Source: Gemmatimonadota bacterium
GTDB lineage: Bacteria > Gemmatimonadota > Gemmatimonadetes > Palauibacterales > Palauibacteraceae
Direction: 5' to 3'
DNA: 64,000 nt
NCBI GenBank assembly: GCA_029262175.1
Contig: JAJCZV010000235.1
Span: 3,014 to 67,013, forward strand
How positions within the stretch are numbered: the first letter of the stretch is position 1; each line of letters starts with the position of its first letter. Shown here piece after piece: positions 26,334-35,854 of the stretch. The position numbers were made by a program, and so were the translations under genes. The notes beneath the pieces are model-generated. The model saw only the letters and a list, made by a program, of their open reading frames with translations. It searched no databases and was not told the origin of the DNA.

Positions 26334-27926
26334 ATGCCCAGACGAATCGACAGCGACATCTGTATCATCGGCTCCGGCATCACCGCGATCCTGACGGCGC
26401 AGCGACTGACCGAGTTGGTCGATTCGCACATTGTCATGATCGAAGCCGGTGGCCGCACCACGCCGTTCCGCGAACGAAATCAGCAACGCCGCCGCATGCT
26501 GGACTACGACGAAAACCCGTGGCGCGACGATCACATCGAAGACCAGACCGGCGAGGGACTCATGTACCGGTCGATGGTGGTCGGCGGGTGCGCGATGCAT
26601 TGGGATGGCGCCACGCCTCGGTTTTCGCCGGAAGATTTTCGGCAGCAATCCATGTATGGGGTCGGTACGGATTGGCCCATCTCGTACGACGACCTCGAAC
26701 CCTACTACGCGGACTTCGAACGTCGGGTCGGCGTCGCCGGCGAACCAGGGCCGCCGGAGTACGACCCCCGGTCGGGGCCGTACCCGATGCCGCCACTTCC
26801 ACTCTCCTACAATCTCGAGCTCTTGAAGAAGTGGGGCGAGAACGCCGGTTACCCGTTTTGGACGCAACCCTGGGCCAAAGCCACCACCGAGGAGCACGGT
26901 CGGGCGGTCTGTCGCCGTTGCGATACCTGTCATGTTTGCCCAACCGGCGCCAAGTACACACCGGACGTGACGCTCGACGCGCTGATTGAAGCGGGGCGCG
27001 TCACGCTCTACGACGAAACGTTGGTTCGACGTTTGGAGTTGGCCGACGGATCGGATCGAATCGCACGCGCGATCGCGGTCGATCGAAACGATCCATCGGA
27101 ACCGTTAGAGTTTCGAGCCACCACCTTTATCCTGGCTGCGGGGCACGCGTGGAGCCCGCACCTTCTCTTACTCTCTGCGAACAGCCGGTATCCGGCCGGG
27201 CTCGCGAACACGACCGGTATGGTTGGAAAGTACATGACCGGTCATCCGTACATGGCCGGGGTCATCGATCTTCCCCTAAAACTCTACCCCGGGATGTTCG
27301 AGACCAACTCGCTTCTGTCTCGAATGCACGCGCGGCCTGGCCCGCTCGATCGATACGTGCGACACGATCTCCGTATCTGGGATGTCGCTACAAGCCGCGG
27401 GGCGAGGCTCCGAGACGACGCCGGACGCATCCAGTTTGGAGACGACGTGATGAAGGACTGGCGGTCGCCGGCGCGACAGGGCACGGCCCGAGTGCGCGGC
27501 TACTACGACGTCGTCCCGGACAAAGAGAGCCGGCTCACACTCGACGCGACCCGGTCCAACCGTTGGGGAGACCCTCTCCCGAAGGTCGAGTTCTTGGATG
27601 CCCCGGAATCGCAGGCACTCCGTCAGCACACGCACGACACCATGTCCGGAATCTTCGAACACATGGCGCGAGTCGGCGATGGGCGGGTGCTCTCTACCAA
27701 CGTCAGCTACACCATGGAGCACCCGGGCGGCGGGTGTCGCATGGGCGATGATCCAAACACCAGCGTCACGGATTCGTTCGGGAGGACACACGACCACGAC
27801 AACCTCTTCGTCATCGGCGCTCCGACGCTGGTCTCGGGCGGCTGCGCCAACGGCACGCCGACCTTCAGCGCGCTATCGTTACGGTCCGCCGAAGAGATCG
27901 CCGCCGGATTCTCCACTCGCGGCTAG
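26334..27926 (+). CDS. GMC family FAD-dependent oxidoreductase
   Basis: N-terminal Rossmann DICIIGSGITAILTAQRL and the GMC C-terminal domain. The real start is MPRRIDSD at 26334; the ORF-track extension to 25950 overlaps the upstream gene. Confidence 0.75.
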   Translation: MPRRIDSDICIIGSGITAILTAQRLTELVDSHIVMIEAGGRTTPFRERNQQRRRMLDYDENPWRDDHIEDQTGEGLMYRSMVVGGCAMHWDGATPRFSPEDFRQQSMYGVGTDWPISYDDLEPYYADFERRVGVAGEPGPPEYDPRSGPYPMPPLPLSYNLELLKKWGENAGYPFWTQPWAKATTEEHGRAVCRRCDTCHVCPTGAKYTPDVTLDALIEAGRVTLYDETLVRRLELADGSDRIARAIAVDRNDPSEPLEFRATTFILAAGHAWSPHLLLLSANSRYPAGLANTTGMVGKYMTGHPYMAGVIDLPLKLYPGMFETNSLLSRMHARPGPLDRYVRHDLRIWDVATSRGARLRDDAGRIQFGDDVMKDWRSPARQGTARVRGYYDVVPDKESRLTLDATRSNRWGDPLPKVEFLDAPESQALRQHTHDTMSGIFEHMARVGDGRVLSTNVSYTMEHPGGGCRMGDDPNTSVTDSFGRTHDHDNLFVIGAPTLVSGGCANGTPTFSALSLRSAEEIAAGFSTRG

Positions 27927-27933
27927 ATCGACC

Positions 27934-30564
27934 CTAGTCCGCGCGAAGCGCGCGCATCGGATCGATTTTTGTCGCTCTGTGCGCCGGCACGTAACAGGCG
28001 ATGCCTGCGATCAGGACCAGACCCGCGACGGCGACCGCTAGCGCGAGAGGGTCCGTCGCCGAGACGTCGAACAGCAAGCTTTCGAGCCACTGCGTTCCAA
28101 GCAGCGCGAGCGTGAGGCCGATCGCGATACCGATCCCAACGCGGGCCATCCCGCCGAGGACAACCGACCGACGAACCGCGGCCGGATGAGCACCGAGGGC
28201 GATTCGAATCGCGATCTCGCGACTCTGACGGCTAACGGTGTAGGACAGCACGCCGTACACGCCGATGGCGGCGAGGACGAGTCCGAGCCCGGCGAACAAA
28301 CTGAACAGGGTGGTCCAGTAGCGCGGCCCCGCCACCTCTGCGGATAACCGCGCGTCCATGGTCTCGACGTTGGAGAGGGGCAGCGCCGGATCGAGTTCCT
28401 GAAACACGGCACGCAAGCGGCCGACGATGCCGGCCACGGGTCCCTCGCTTCGAACCAGTAGACTCACGCTTCGAAACCCGGCCTGCGCGAACGGTTCGTG
28501 TACGGCGACGTCCCCGGCCGTATCGAGACCTTCGAACTTCACGTTCGCCAAGACCCCCACGACAGTCATCGGGTTGTCTCGGTCACCGCCCGAGTAGAGC
28601 TGCTTGCCCAACACGTCGCCGTCCGGGTAGTAGCGACTTGCCCAGGCCTCGCTGACCATGACGACGGGGAGTGAATCCCGCCCGTCCCGCTCTTCGAACA
28701 TCCGTCCTCGCTGGAGCGGCACCCCGAGCGCGCCCCAAAACCCAGGACTGGCCCAGCTCCACGGCACGGATGGTTCGCTCGACCCCTCGGGAACCGGCTT
28801 ATCCACCAGATCGAAGTTGTTTGTCTCGCCTTGCAGATTCGGGGGCAACCCGGTGCCGATGCCCGCGGCGCGCACGCCGGGGATCTCACGGACGCGTCGC
28901 AGCGCCTCATCCCAGAACGCGACGACTTCGCTGTACCCTTCGTACTCGGCGGGAGGCAGAGAAACATCGGCCGAAACGAGATTCGTCGGATCGTAACCGG
29001 GATCTACGTTCTGGAGACGAACAAAGCTTGATACGAGCAGCGCCGCCCCGGCCAAGAGCGGGAGGGCGATGGCGAACTCGGCCGCGACCAGTGCCGAGCG
29101 CAGTCGACGCCCCCGCGACCCGGATGCGTCAGCTCGATCTCCGCCGCGAAGATTCTGCATGAGACTCGGGGCGGTCTGCAGCAAAGGCGCCAAACCGAAC
29201 AACACGCCCGAGCCTAGCGTGACCGCCGCCGCGAACGCGAGTACTCCGCCGTCCAGCGAGATCTCGTCGAGCCTCGGAAGGTTGGGGCTCGTGCCCACGA
29301 AGGTCTCCAAACAAAGAAACGCCAGCGCGACGCCGACCGCTCCTCCGATCGCGGCCAGCAACAGACTCTCCGTGAGAAGCAGCCGCACCAGCCGCCTCTT
29401 TGTCCCGCCGAGCGAAGTTCGCAGCGCCATCTCGTGCTCTCTGCCACTGGCGCGAACCATCAACAAGTTCGCGACGTTCGCGGTCGCGATCAGGAGGACC
29501 CCGAGGACGGCACCGAACAGCAGCCACACTCCGGTACCGACGCCCCCGAGAATGGTCTCGCGCAGCGAGTACGGCGTGATCAACGCCTTTTCATCGCGAA
29601 ATCCTTCGGCCCAGATCGGGTAGATGCGGCGAGTGATGTCTGCCAGATCGGCCTCTGCTCCCGCCACCGAGACGCCGCCCGAGAGCCGACCAAACCCGCG
29701 GAGGAAGAACGGGCCGCGACGCGTGGGCGGCTCGAGCTGGAGGATCGGCCAAACGTCCGCCCGCAGCCCGGCGAGCGACGCTCGGTCTCGACCAAGGACG
29801 CCCACCACGGTGTGGGGGACGCCGTCGAGGGTCAGCACTTCATCGATCCCGCGGGCGCCCTCCCCGAACATCCGGTCGCGAAGGCCCGCGCTGATCACGA
29901 CGACCGGCGACGACCCGGGCTGGTCCTCGTCCGTTGCGAAGCCACGCCCCTCGAGCGGGTGGACCCCGAGAACCCGAAACCAATCGGCGGTGACTCGGCC
30001 CGCGACGAACCGTTCGGGGCGGCCCCGCCCGGTGAGCGTCACGCGAGCGGCTTGCAGGGCCGCGACATGCTCGAAAGAGCGTTGTTGTTCCTTCACCGCT
30101 TGAAAGTCGACAACGGAGAGACTCCACCGATTGGTCGGAGCGTTCTGCTCGAACATTCGCACCAAACGATCGGGCTCTGGATAGGGAAGATCGTCGAGCA
30201 AGACGGCGTCGACGATGCTGTAGATCGCCGTAGTCGCACCAATCGCAAGGCCCAGTGTGAGGACCGCGGCGACCGTGAACGTCGGGCTCCGGCGCAACCC
30301 GCGAGCCGCATATTTCAGATCCCGGAGTGTATCCTCGACCCACCGGAGCCTCCACTCCTCGCGGGCCTGCTCGCGAACGGTTGAAGCCCGTCCAAACGCC
30401 TTCTGTGCGATTCGCTTGGCTTCAGCGGGGTCGGCTCCCGCGCCGATCAGGCGATCCGTCTCTCGCCCGAGGTGATAGGCGATTTCCTCGTCGAGCTCGC
30501 GCTCGGCGCGCGGGCGATTCAAGAGTTCGGAGAACCGGCTCTTTAGACGCGCAAACCAGGACAT
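27934..30564 (-). CDS. ADOP-family duplicated FtsX permease (MacB-like, 876 aa) with N-terminal permease-prefix domain
   Basis: Two FtsX repeats and an N-terminal cytoplasmic prefix (MSWFARLKSRFSELLNRPRAERELDEEIAYHL). It lies immediately downstream of a PadR gene, the classic ADOP arrangement. Confidence 0.75.
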   Translation of the reverse strand: MSWFARLKSRFSELLNRPRAERELDEEIAYHLGRETDRLIGAGADPAEAKRIAQKAFGRASTVREQAREEWRLRWVEDTLRDLKYAARGLRRSPTFTVAAVLTLGLAIGATTAIYSIVDAVLLDDLPYPEPDRLVRMFEQNAPTNRWSLSVVDFQAVKEQQRSFEHVAALQAARVTLTGRGRPERFVAGRVTADWFRVLGVHPLEGRGFATDEDQPGSSPVVVISAGLRDRMFGEGARGIDEVLTLDGVPHTVVGVLGRDRASLAGLRADVWPILQLEPPTRRGPFFLRGFGRLSGGVSVAGAEADLADITRRIYPIWAEGFRDEKALITPYSLRETILGGVGTGVWLLFGAVLGVLLIATANVANLLMVRASGREHEMALRTSLGGTKRRLVRLLLTESLLLAAIGGAVGVALAFLCLETFVGTSPNLPRLDEISLDGGVLAFAAAVTLGSGVLFGLAPLLQTAPSLMQNLRGGDRADASGSRGRRLRSALVAAEFAIALPLLAGAALLVSSFVRLQNVDPGYDPTNLVSADVSLPPAEYEGYSEVVAFWDEALRRVREIPGVRAAGIGTGLPPNLQGETNNFDLVDKPVPEGSSEPSVPWSWASPGFWGALGVPLQRGRMFEERDGRDSLPVVMVSEAWASRYYPDGDVLGKQLYSGGDRDNPMTVVGVLANVKFEGLDTAGDVAVHEPFAQAGFRSVSLLVRSEGPVAGIVGRLRAVFQELDPALPLSNVETMDARLSAEVAGPRYWTTLFSLFAGLGLVLAAIGVYGVLSYTVSRQSREIAIRIALGAHPAAVRRSVVLGGMARVGIGIAIGLTLALLGTQWLESLLFDVSATDPLALAVAVAGLVLIAGIACYVPAHRATKIDPMRALRAD

Positions 30565-30567
30565 CGC

Positions 30568-30912
30568 TCAAACACCTTCCAAAGCGAGACGGAGAACGCG
30601 ATCTACGGCCGCGGAGGACTGACCCCAGTGGGCCTCCTCAGCTTCGAGCTGTTTCCAACCTGCTTTCGTCAGCGTGTAGTACCGCGCGCGTCGGTTGTTG
30701 TCCGTGATCCGCCAATCGGAGAGCACCCACCCCTTCCGCTGGAGCCGACGGAGCGCCGGATACAAGGAGCCCTGGTTGAGTTCGAACACGTCCTTGGACA
30801 GGTGCCGGATCCGCTGAGCGATCCCCCAGCCGTGCATCGGCTCCAGGGTGAGGGTCTTCAGGATCAGCAGATCGAGCGTTCCGCGAAGCAGATCGGATCG
30901 GATGAGTGACAC
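30568..30912 (-). CDS. PadR family transcriptional regulator
   Basis: LILKTLTLEPMHGWGIAQRIRHLSKDVFELNQGSLYPALRRLQRKGWV is the PadR winged-helix core. Confidence 0.85.
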   Translation of the reverse strand: MSLIRSDLLRGTLDLLILKTLTLEPMHGWGIAQRIRHLSKDVFELNQGSLYPALRRLQRKGWVLSDWRITDNNRRARYYTLTKAGWKQLEAEEAHWGQSSAAVDRVLRLALEGV

Positions 30913-30937
30913 GCGTGCCTCCGTTGCTGTTGAAACC

Positions 30938-30960
30938 CTACTGTAGCATTTCTACTGTAG
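30938..30960. promoter_or_regulatory. Tandem CTACTGTAG repeats (candidate PadR operator) upstream of the padR-ADOP operon
   Basis: CTACTGTAG-cattt-CTACTGTAG, 26-48 bp upstream of the PadR start codon. Each 9-mer is a near-palindrome (CTAC-T-GTAG). Confidence 0.45.
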
Positions 30961-31019
30961 AATAACAACAGGAGTGGCCCGGATCGCTCGCCGCCGTGGG
31001 CTATCGCTTCGTGCGGTGT

Positions 31020-32876
31020 CTAGCGGCGCCCGATGAGGCGGAGGAAGTCGGGATCGTTGTGGATCGCCTCGAAGTCTTGGTCCGCAGGCAGCGTTCGCGC
31101 ACGACTCGGGTTGAGCTCGAGGGCGCGTTCGAGAGCGGAAAACGCGTCGGCCTTTCGATTCAGTTCGACATAGATTTCCGCTAGAGCGACCCACGCGTTG
31201 TCATTGCCCGGCGACCGATCGCGCGCGGCGAGGGCGATCTCCAGCGCGCCATCGACGTCGCCGTCTTCCCGCTTCTGACCCGCCTCACGGATCATCTGAC
31301 CCGATCTAAAGACGTCCATGACCCGGCGCATCTCTTCCAATGGCTTTGTGTGGTCATCGACGCGGATGTCGACGGCGCGGTCACTGTAGCCGCCGCCGGC
31401 TCGCGGGCTCACGACCAGAAGGGCGCCGGACTGCATGCCGCGCGCGTCGCCGCCCGCGGCCTGTGCCGCATCAAGGGCATCCATGAGTCGCTCCACCAAC
31501 GGACCGCTGGAATTCTCGAACGAGCGCGACATGGCGGCGACGACCTCCGGCCCAGTCAGGATGTTTCCCTGCGCGCAGTAGTTCGTGCCGCAGGTGTGCC
31601 CTTTCCAGTCGTTGGCACCTTGGCCGGTGAAGGCGGCCGTTCGCCCTTGGCTATCGAGGATGGAAACCTGTCGTCGATCTCGACCCTCGTCGCTGGCCAC
31701 CATGATGTCGAGCGCTTCTTGAGGTGAGTAGCCGGCCTGCAGGAGTTCGATTCCGATCGCCCCATACATCGGGTTCGCCGCGGCCTGGTGCGCGACGATG
31801 ACGAGGCCGCCCTTGGCGTGCATCGCACGGTTGCCGGCGCCGAACGCCTTGGACTGGACGCCCATCCCGAGTTCGCCCGTGGCAGGATCGCGAGCAATGA
31901 TGGAGAACGTACCGAGATAGTTCGGATCGTCCTCGGGATCCTCGTATTGCGAGGTTGGTGACGCGATCAACTCTTCCGTCAGCCTCCGCAGACGCGCGCG
32001 CGCGGACTCGTCATAAGCCTGGTCGTTTGCTCGCGCCGGCTTCAACCCGTTGAAGAACTGCCCTCCCTCGATCTCGTTCGATGACACGAGCTGCATGACC
32101 GCATCGGCGCCCTCGGCGATGGTGGCCCGCGGTTCGACTCCCAGGCGTTGGACCATCCCGGTCGGCATGTAGGTCGCCGGATGCAGTGCGTTCACCATCA
32201 CGTCTCGACCGCGCAACTCTTCGGCGAGATCGAACGTGAACATGATTTGGGCGAGCTTACTCTGTGCGTACGCGCGACCGCCGCTGAAATTATTTGCGAT
32301 CATGACATCGTCGAAATCGATCGGGGTCTGCGCCAGCGATGACACATTTACGATCCGCGACGGCGTGCTCTCCAGCAGGAGCGGGAGCAGCATCTGGGTG
32401 AGCAACACGCTCGAAAGATAGTTGACCTGGAAACGAAACTCGTGCCCATCCTCCGACAGCAGTCGCTCATCGGGGGCGGAGCCGAACCCGGCATTGTTGA
32501 CGAGGACGTCCAACCGCTCGTAGTCACGCAGGATCGCTTCACCAAAAGCCCGGACCTGGTCGAAAGAGGCCAGGTCGGCCGCGTAGAAGCGCGCGCTGCC
32601 TTTTCCGTCCCTTTCGATCTCCTCGACGAGCGCCATCCCGCGCTCCCGGTTGCGACCGTGCACGATGACGTGCGCGCCTGAGGTAGCGATGCGGCGGGCG
32701 ACTTCGCGACCGAGCCCGCTGGTCGAACCGGTAACCAACACGACGGGTCGATCCTGCCCCGCCAGAGAGAACGCGGAGACGGCGCTCTCGCTGGCCGCGG
32801 GTAATACGGCAGCCAGGGCGAGCACAAAGAGGGCACCCCGAGAGCCGGCGCGACGGATCATTCGGTACTTGTCCAT
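31020..32876 (-). CDS. Secreted fusion protein: short-chain dehydrogenase/reductase (SDR) - DUF1028 (Ntn-hydrolase-like) - TPR-like tail
   Basis: Signal peptide. SDR motifs are VLVTGSTSGLGREVA, NNAG and the YAQSKLAQ Tyr-Lys. DUF1028 begins at GTFSIIARDPATGELGMGVQSKAFGAG. The C-terminus has helical repeats. Confidence 0.6.
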   Translation of the reverse strand: MDKYRMIRRAGSRGALFVLALAAVLPAASESAVSAFSLAGQDRPVVLVTGSTSGLGREVARRIATSGAHVIVHGRNRERGMALVEEIERDGKGSARFYAADLASFDQVRAFGEAILRDYERLDVLVNNAGFGSAPDERLLSEDGHEFRFQVNYLSSVLLTQMLLPLLLESTPSRIVNVSSLAQTPIDFDDVMIANNFSGGRAYAQSKLAQIMFTFDLAEELRGRDVMVNALHPATYMPTGMVQRLGVEPRATIAEGADAVMQLVSSNEIEGGQFFNGLKPARANDQAYDESARARLRRLTEELIASPTSQYEDPEDDPNYLGTFSIIARDPATGELGMGVQSKAFGAGNRAMHAKGGLVIVAHQAAANPMYGAIGIELLQAGYSPQEALDIMVASDEGRDRRQVSILDSQGRTAAFTGQGANDWKGHTCGTNYCAQGNILTGPEVVAAMSRSFENSSGPLVERLMDALDAAQAAGGDARGMQSGALLVVSPRAGGGYSDRAVDIRVDDHTKPLEEMRRVMDVFRSGQMIREAGQKREDGDVDGALEIALAARDRSPGNDNAWVALAEIYVELNRKADAFSALERALELNPSRARTLPADQDFEAIHNDPDFLRLIGRR

Positions 32877-32893
32877 TGGATCTTCAACCTCGT

Positions 32894-34495
32894 TTATTGC
32901 GGTCGGCGGCCACCCATGAGGGGCGGCGCAGTCGATGGTGGACTCCGGTGGCCGGTCGCCTGTTCGTACGCGTAGCCAAAGCGGAGCAACATCTCTTCGG
33001 TAAACGCTCGTCCCAAGAACTCCAGACCGACGGGCAGTCCCTGGGGAGTGAATCCTGCTGGGACGGTAAGAGCCGGGAACCCGAGAACGGGACTAAGGGC
33101 CCGGTTGTCTCCCAATCCATAGTGATCTTCCGGACTCGGGTTGGTCTCGGCGTCGAGGGCGATCAGACTCGGCGGATGATCGAATGTCGCGTAGACGACG
33201 GCGTCCAGATTCAGTTCCGCCATCGCTTTCATGAAACTCGTCCTGAGCTTCGCGCGCGAAACGAGATACTGGGCGTAACCGGCTTCATCCGTGGTTCGCC
33301 CGATGAGACCCGCCATGCCGGCGGCTCGCCACGGTGTGACGGTTCCGCTCAACAAGATCGACTTCAACGTCTTGAACGGGGCGCCCGCATGTTCTCCCAA
33401 ATAATCGTCGGTGGCCTGCTCGGTCTCGAAGGTGTTACTCGCGAGGAGCGCGTTGACCGTTTCCACTCCGGAGATGGTCACGGAATCGATGACCTCGGCG
33501 CCCAAGCGGGTCAGCTCATCGATGGCCCGATCGATCAACGCTCGAACGCTCTGATAGTCTGCGGAAGCAGGATCGGTGTTGGGGTCCATCGGATCTCGAA
33601 TCACACCGATGCGGGCGCCTTCGAGCGCCTCGGGATCCAGATTCGACGCATACGAGTTTTGAACCCTGCGAAAGGAGTAGGCCGTCACAGGGTCGTTTGG
33701 ATCGTACCCGGCGATCACGTCGAGCAAGATCGCGGCATCCGTCACGGTGCGCGTCATCGGGCCCATCGTGTCCGTCGTCGGGTTGGCCGGCATCATCCCA
33801 TAGCGACTGACCAGCGGAACCGTCGGACGAAGGCCCACCAAGTTTTGCACCGCGGCAGGCCCGCGAACCGACCCGCCGGTGTCCTCTCCAATCCCGACCA
33901 TGCCCAGATTCGCAGCCACCCCAGATCCAGTACCCCCGGAGGAGCCGCTCGGATTGCGGCGAGTATCGTACGTGTTGCGGATCACGCCGTAGGCCGACCC
34001 GACGTACCGCGAAGCGAACTCGCCCATGTTGGTCTTGGCGAGAATGATGGCTCCTGCCTCTTTCATACGGACGACGATCGTGGCGTCGCGGGTCGGAACG
34101 AAGTCTGCGAACAATGCGGACCCATAGGTCGTCGGCATATCGCGCGTCTCGACCTGATCTTTCAACAGGACCGGGACGCAGTGGAGCGGACCGACGGGAC
34201 CGCTCGCGGCAAAGGCTCGATCCAACCCATCGGCCTCTTCCAAGGCCCTCGGATTGATCGTCTGGATGGCGTTGAACGCGGGGCCGATCTTGTCGTAAGC
34301 CTCGATGCGCGCGAGGTAGCCCTCGACGAGCTGGCGGCACGTGAGATCCCCCGACGCAAACGCTTCGTGCGCCTCCCCGATCGTCGCTTCGCCCAGTTGG
34401 AAGTCCTGTGCCTCGAGCGAGACCGCAGACCAGAAAACGAAGACATAGAGGAGAGAACGGAGCGGGACGGGGAGAGACGGTTTGTGATGCATCAT
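32894..34495 (-). CDS. Secreted amidase (amidase-signature family)
   Basis: Signal peptide, then the AS sequence GGSSGGTGSGVAANLGMVGIGEDTGGSVRGPA. The catalytic Lys context is VLLKDQ. Confidence 0.8.
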   Translation of the reverse strand: MMHHKPSLPVPLRSLLYVFVFWSAVSLEAQDFQLGEATIGEAHEAFASGDLTCRQLVEGYLARIEAYDKIGPAFNAIQTINPRALEEADGLDRAFAASGPVGPLHCVPVLLKDQVETRDMPTTYGSALFADFVPTRDATIVVRMKEAGAIILAKTNMGEFASRYVGSAYGVIRNTYDTRRNPSGSSGGTGSGVAANLGMVGIGEDTGGSVRGPAAVQNLVGLRPTVPLVSRYGMMPANPTTDTMGPMTRTVTDAAILLDVIAGYDPNDPVTAYSFRRVQNSYASNLDPEALEGARIGVIRDPMDPNTDPASADYQSVRALIDRAIDELTRLGAEVIDSVTISGVETVNALLASNTFETEQATDDYLGEHAGAPFKTLKSILLSGTVTPWRAAGMAGLIGRTTDEAGYAQYLVSRAKLRTSFMKAMAELNLDAVVYATFDHPPSLIALDAETNPSPEDHYGLGDNRALSPVLGFPALTVPAGFTPQGLPVGLEFLGRAFTEEMLLRFGYAYEQATGHRSPPSTAPPLMGGRRPQ

Positions 34496-34513
34496 CGACC
34501 CCCGAGAATGAAA

Positions 34514-34541
34514 ACGGGCCCGAGCCGTGGAAGGCTCGGGC
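34514..34541 (-). terminator. Rho-independent terminator of the small histone-fold gene
   Basis: Perfect stem GGGCCCGAGCC / GGCTCGGGCCC with a GTGGAA loop (+ strand coordinates). On the minus strand a U-rich GUUUUCAUUCUC follows. Confidence 0.6.
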
Positions 34542-34558
34542 CCGAGTACAGCGGCTGC

Positions 34559-34738
34559 CTAAAAGTCGCTCGCGCGAACGGTCTTGCGGCCGTTGGCCGT
34601 GCAGCGCTTCTGAGCATCTTTGATAAGAGCGTGGACATTATTGTTGAGAGCGTCGAGTGCGTCGCCGCTCACGTTGAGGCCCGTCGACTTGAGGGCATCC
34701 TTGGTTTTGGATCCTACCAGAAGCATTTCTTTGGCCAT
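34559..34738 (-). CDS. 59-aa singlet histone-fold protein (bacterial histone HBb / DUF1931-like), absent from the ORF track
   Basis: Translation: MAKEMLLVGSKTKDALKSTGLNVSGDALDALNNNVHALIKDAQKRCTANGRKTVRASDF. The C-terminal ...A..GRKTV...D is the histone-fold alpha3/L2 signature shared with archaeal histones and Bdellovibrio Bd0055-type bacterial histones. GGAG RBS 8 nt upstream. Its own terminator follows. Confidence 0.6.
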   Translation of the reverse strand: MAKEMLLVGSKTKDALKSTGLNVSGDALDALNNNVHALIKDAQKRCTANGRKTVRASDF

Positions 34739-34803
34739 TGAGGCGCTCCAAATTGGCGTGGAACAGCATTACAGGTTCACGGAAGCTAACCCCAACCATG
34801 GGA

Positions 34804-35694
34804 TTAGCGTAGGTGCTGGTTGAAAAAGGCCATCGTCCGCTCCTGGGCCAGCGTCGCGGCAGCTTCGTCGTACCGGGGGGTCGTGTCGTTGTGGAACCCG
34901 TGATTCGACCCGTCGTACATGTGCATCGTGTAGGTCTTCCCGTTCGCCTTCAGAGCCTCTTCGAAGGCCGGCCAGCCGGCGTTTACGCGCTCATCCAGCC
35001 CCCCGTAGTGGATCAGCAGCGGCGCCTGAATCGCCGGAACATCCTCGGCGGCGGGCTGTCGCCCGTAGAACGGGACCCCGGCGCCAAGCCCGGGAAGTCG
35101 GACAGCGAGGGTTGCGACCATCCCACCGCCAAAACAGAACCCGACCGCGCCGACCCGACCGGTGGACTCCTCGTGGGACATGAGAAACTCGGCGGCCGCA
35201 ACGAAATCCTCGGTAATCTTGGCTCGGTCGAGCTGGCTCTGCATCTGCCGGCCTTCATCGTCGTTCCCGGGATAGCCGCCCAAGGGCGTAAGAGCATCCG
35301 GACCAAAGGCCAGGAAATCAGCCGCCCCGAACCGTCGGACGACGTCTTCGACGTACGGATTCAGACCGCGATTCTCATGAATGACGAGGACGGCCGCTTT
35401 GGGCGGGCCCTCGGCGGGACTCGCCATGTAGCCCCGCATGGTCCCATGTCCGTTGGGAGACTCGTACTCCTCGTAGCGGGCCTGGATACGCGGATCCGAA
35501 GGATCCACCTGACGGGCCCAGGAGTAGCGAGGCTTGAGAGCCTCGAGCATGCCGACGGCCGTCATCCCTGCGAACGCGAACTTCGCCGCCCCCTCCAGAA
35601 AGGCCCGACGGTCGATCATCCCGTGGACGTATCTGTCGAACAACCCGAGCACCTCGGGTGGAAAGTCGTTTGCTTGCATGCGCTCGTCGGACAT
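34804..35694 (-). CDS. Dienelactone hydrolase family protein with TAT-like signal
   Basis: Start MSDERM with an AAGGAG RBS. DRRAFLEGAAKFAFAGMTAVGM looks like a TAT signal. DLH-fold motifs follow (GFCFGG). Confidence 0.75.
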   Translation of the reverse strand: MSDERMQANDFPPEVLGLFDRYVHGMIDRRAFLEGAAKFAFAGMTAVGMLEALKPRYSWARQVDPSDPRIQARYEEYESPNGHGTMRGYMASPAEGPPKAAVLVIHENRGLNPYVEDVVRRFGAADFLAFGPDALTPLGGYPGNDDEGRQMQSQLDRAKITEDFVAAAEFLMSHEESTGRVGAVGFCFGGGMVATLAVRLPGLGAGVPFYGRQPAAEDVPAIQAPLLIHYGGLDERVNAGWPAFEEALKANGKTYTMHMYDGSNHGFHNDTTPRYDEAAATLAQERTMAFFNQHLR

Positions 35695-35854
35695 CACCAG
35701 TCTCCTTGCGTGGACAGACGTGGGGCGAGGAGTCAACGTGGTCCCGCGCGTCCGAGCCATCAAGGCGGGAGGAGACGGCGGGTGGCGCCGCCCATGGACG
35801 AAACCGTCAGAATCCGCGAGTTTCAGGGCGCCTAAGACCCCCAGTGGAGGAACA

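Noticed and set aside
27941-27957. Perfect GC hairpin GCGCG-AAG-CGCGC near the GMC / ADOP convergence point
   Set aside because: It lies inside the 3' end of the ADOP permease coding sequence and has no U-tract, so I do not call it a terminator.
32876-34741. 621-aa ORF on the + strand
   Set aside because: It runs exactly antisense to the well-supported amidase gene (32894..34495, minus). It is Arg/Gly/Asp-rich with no domain signal. This is the typical high-GC shadow ORF.
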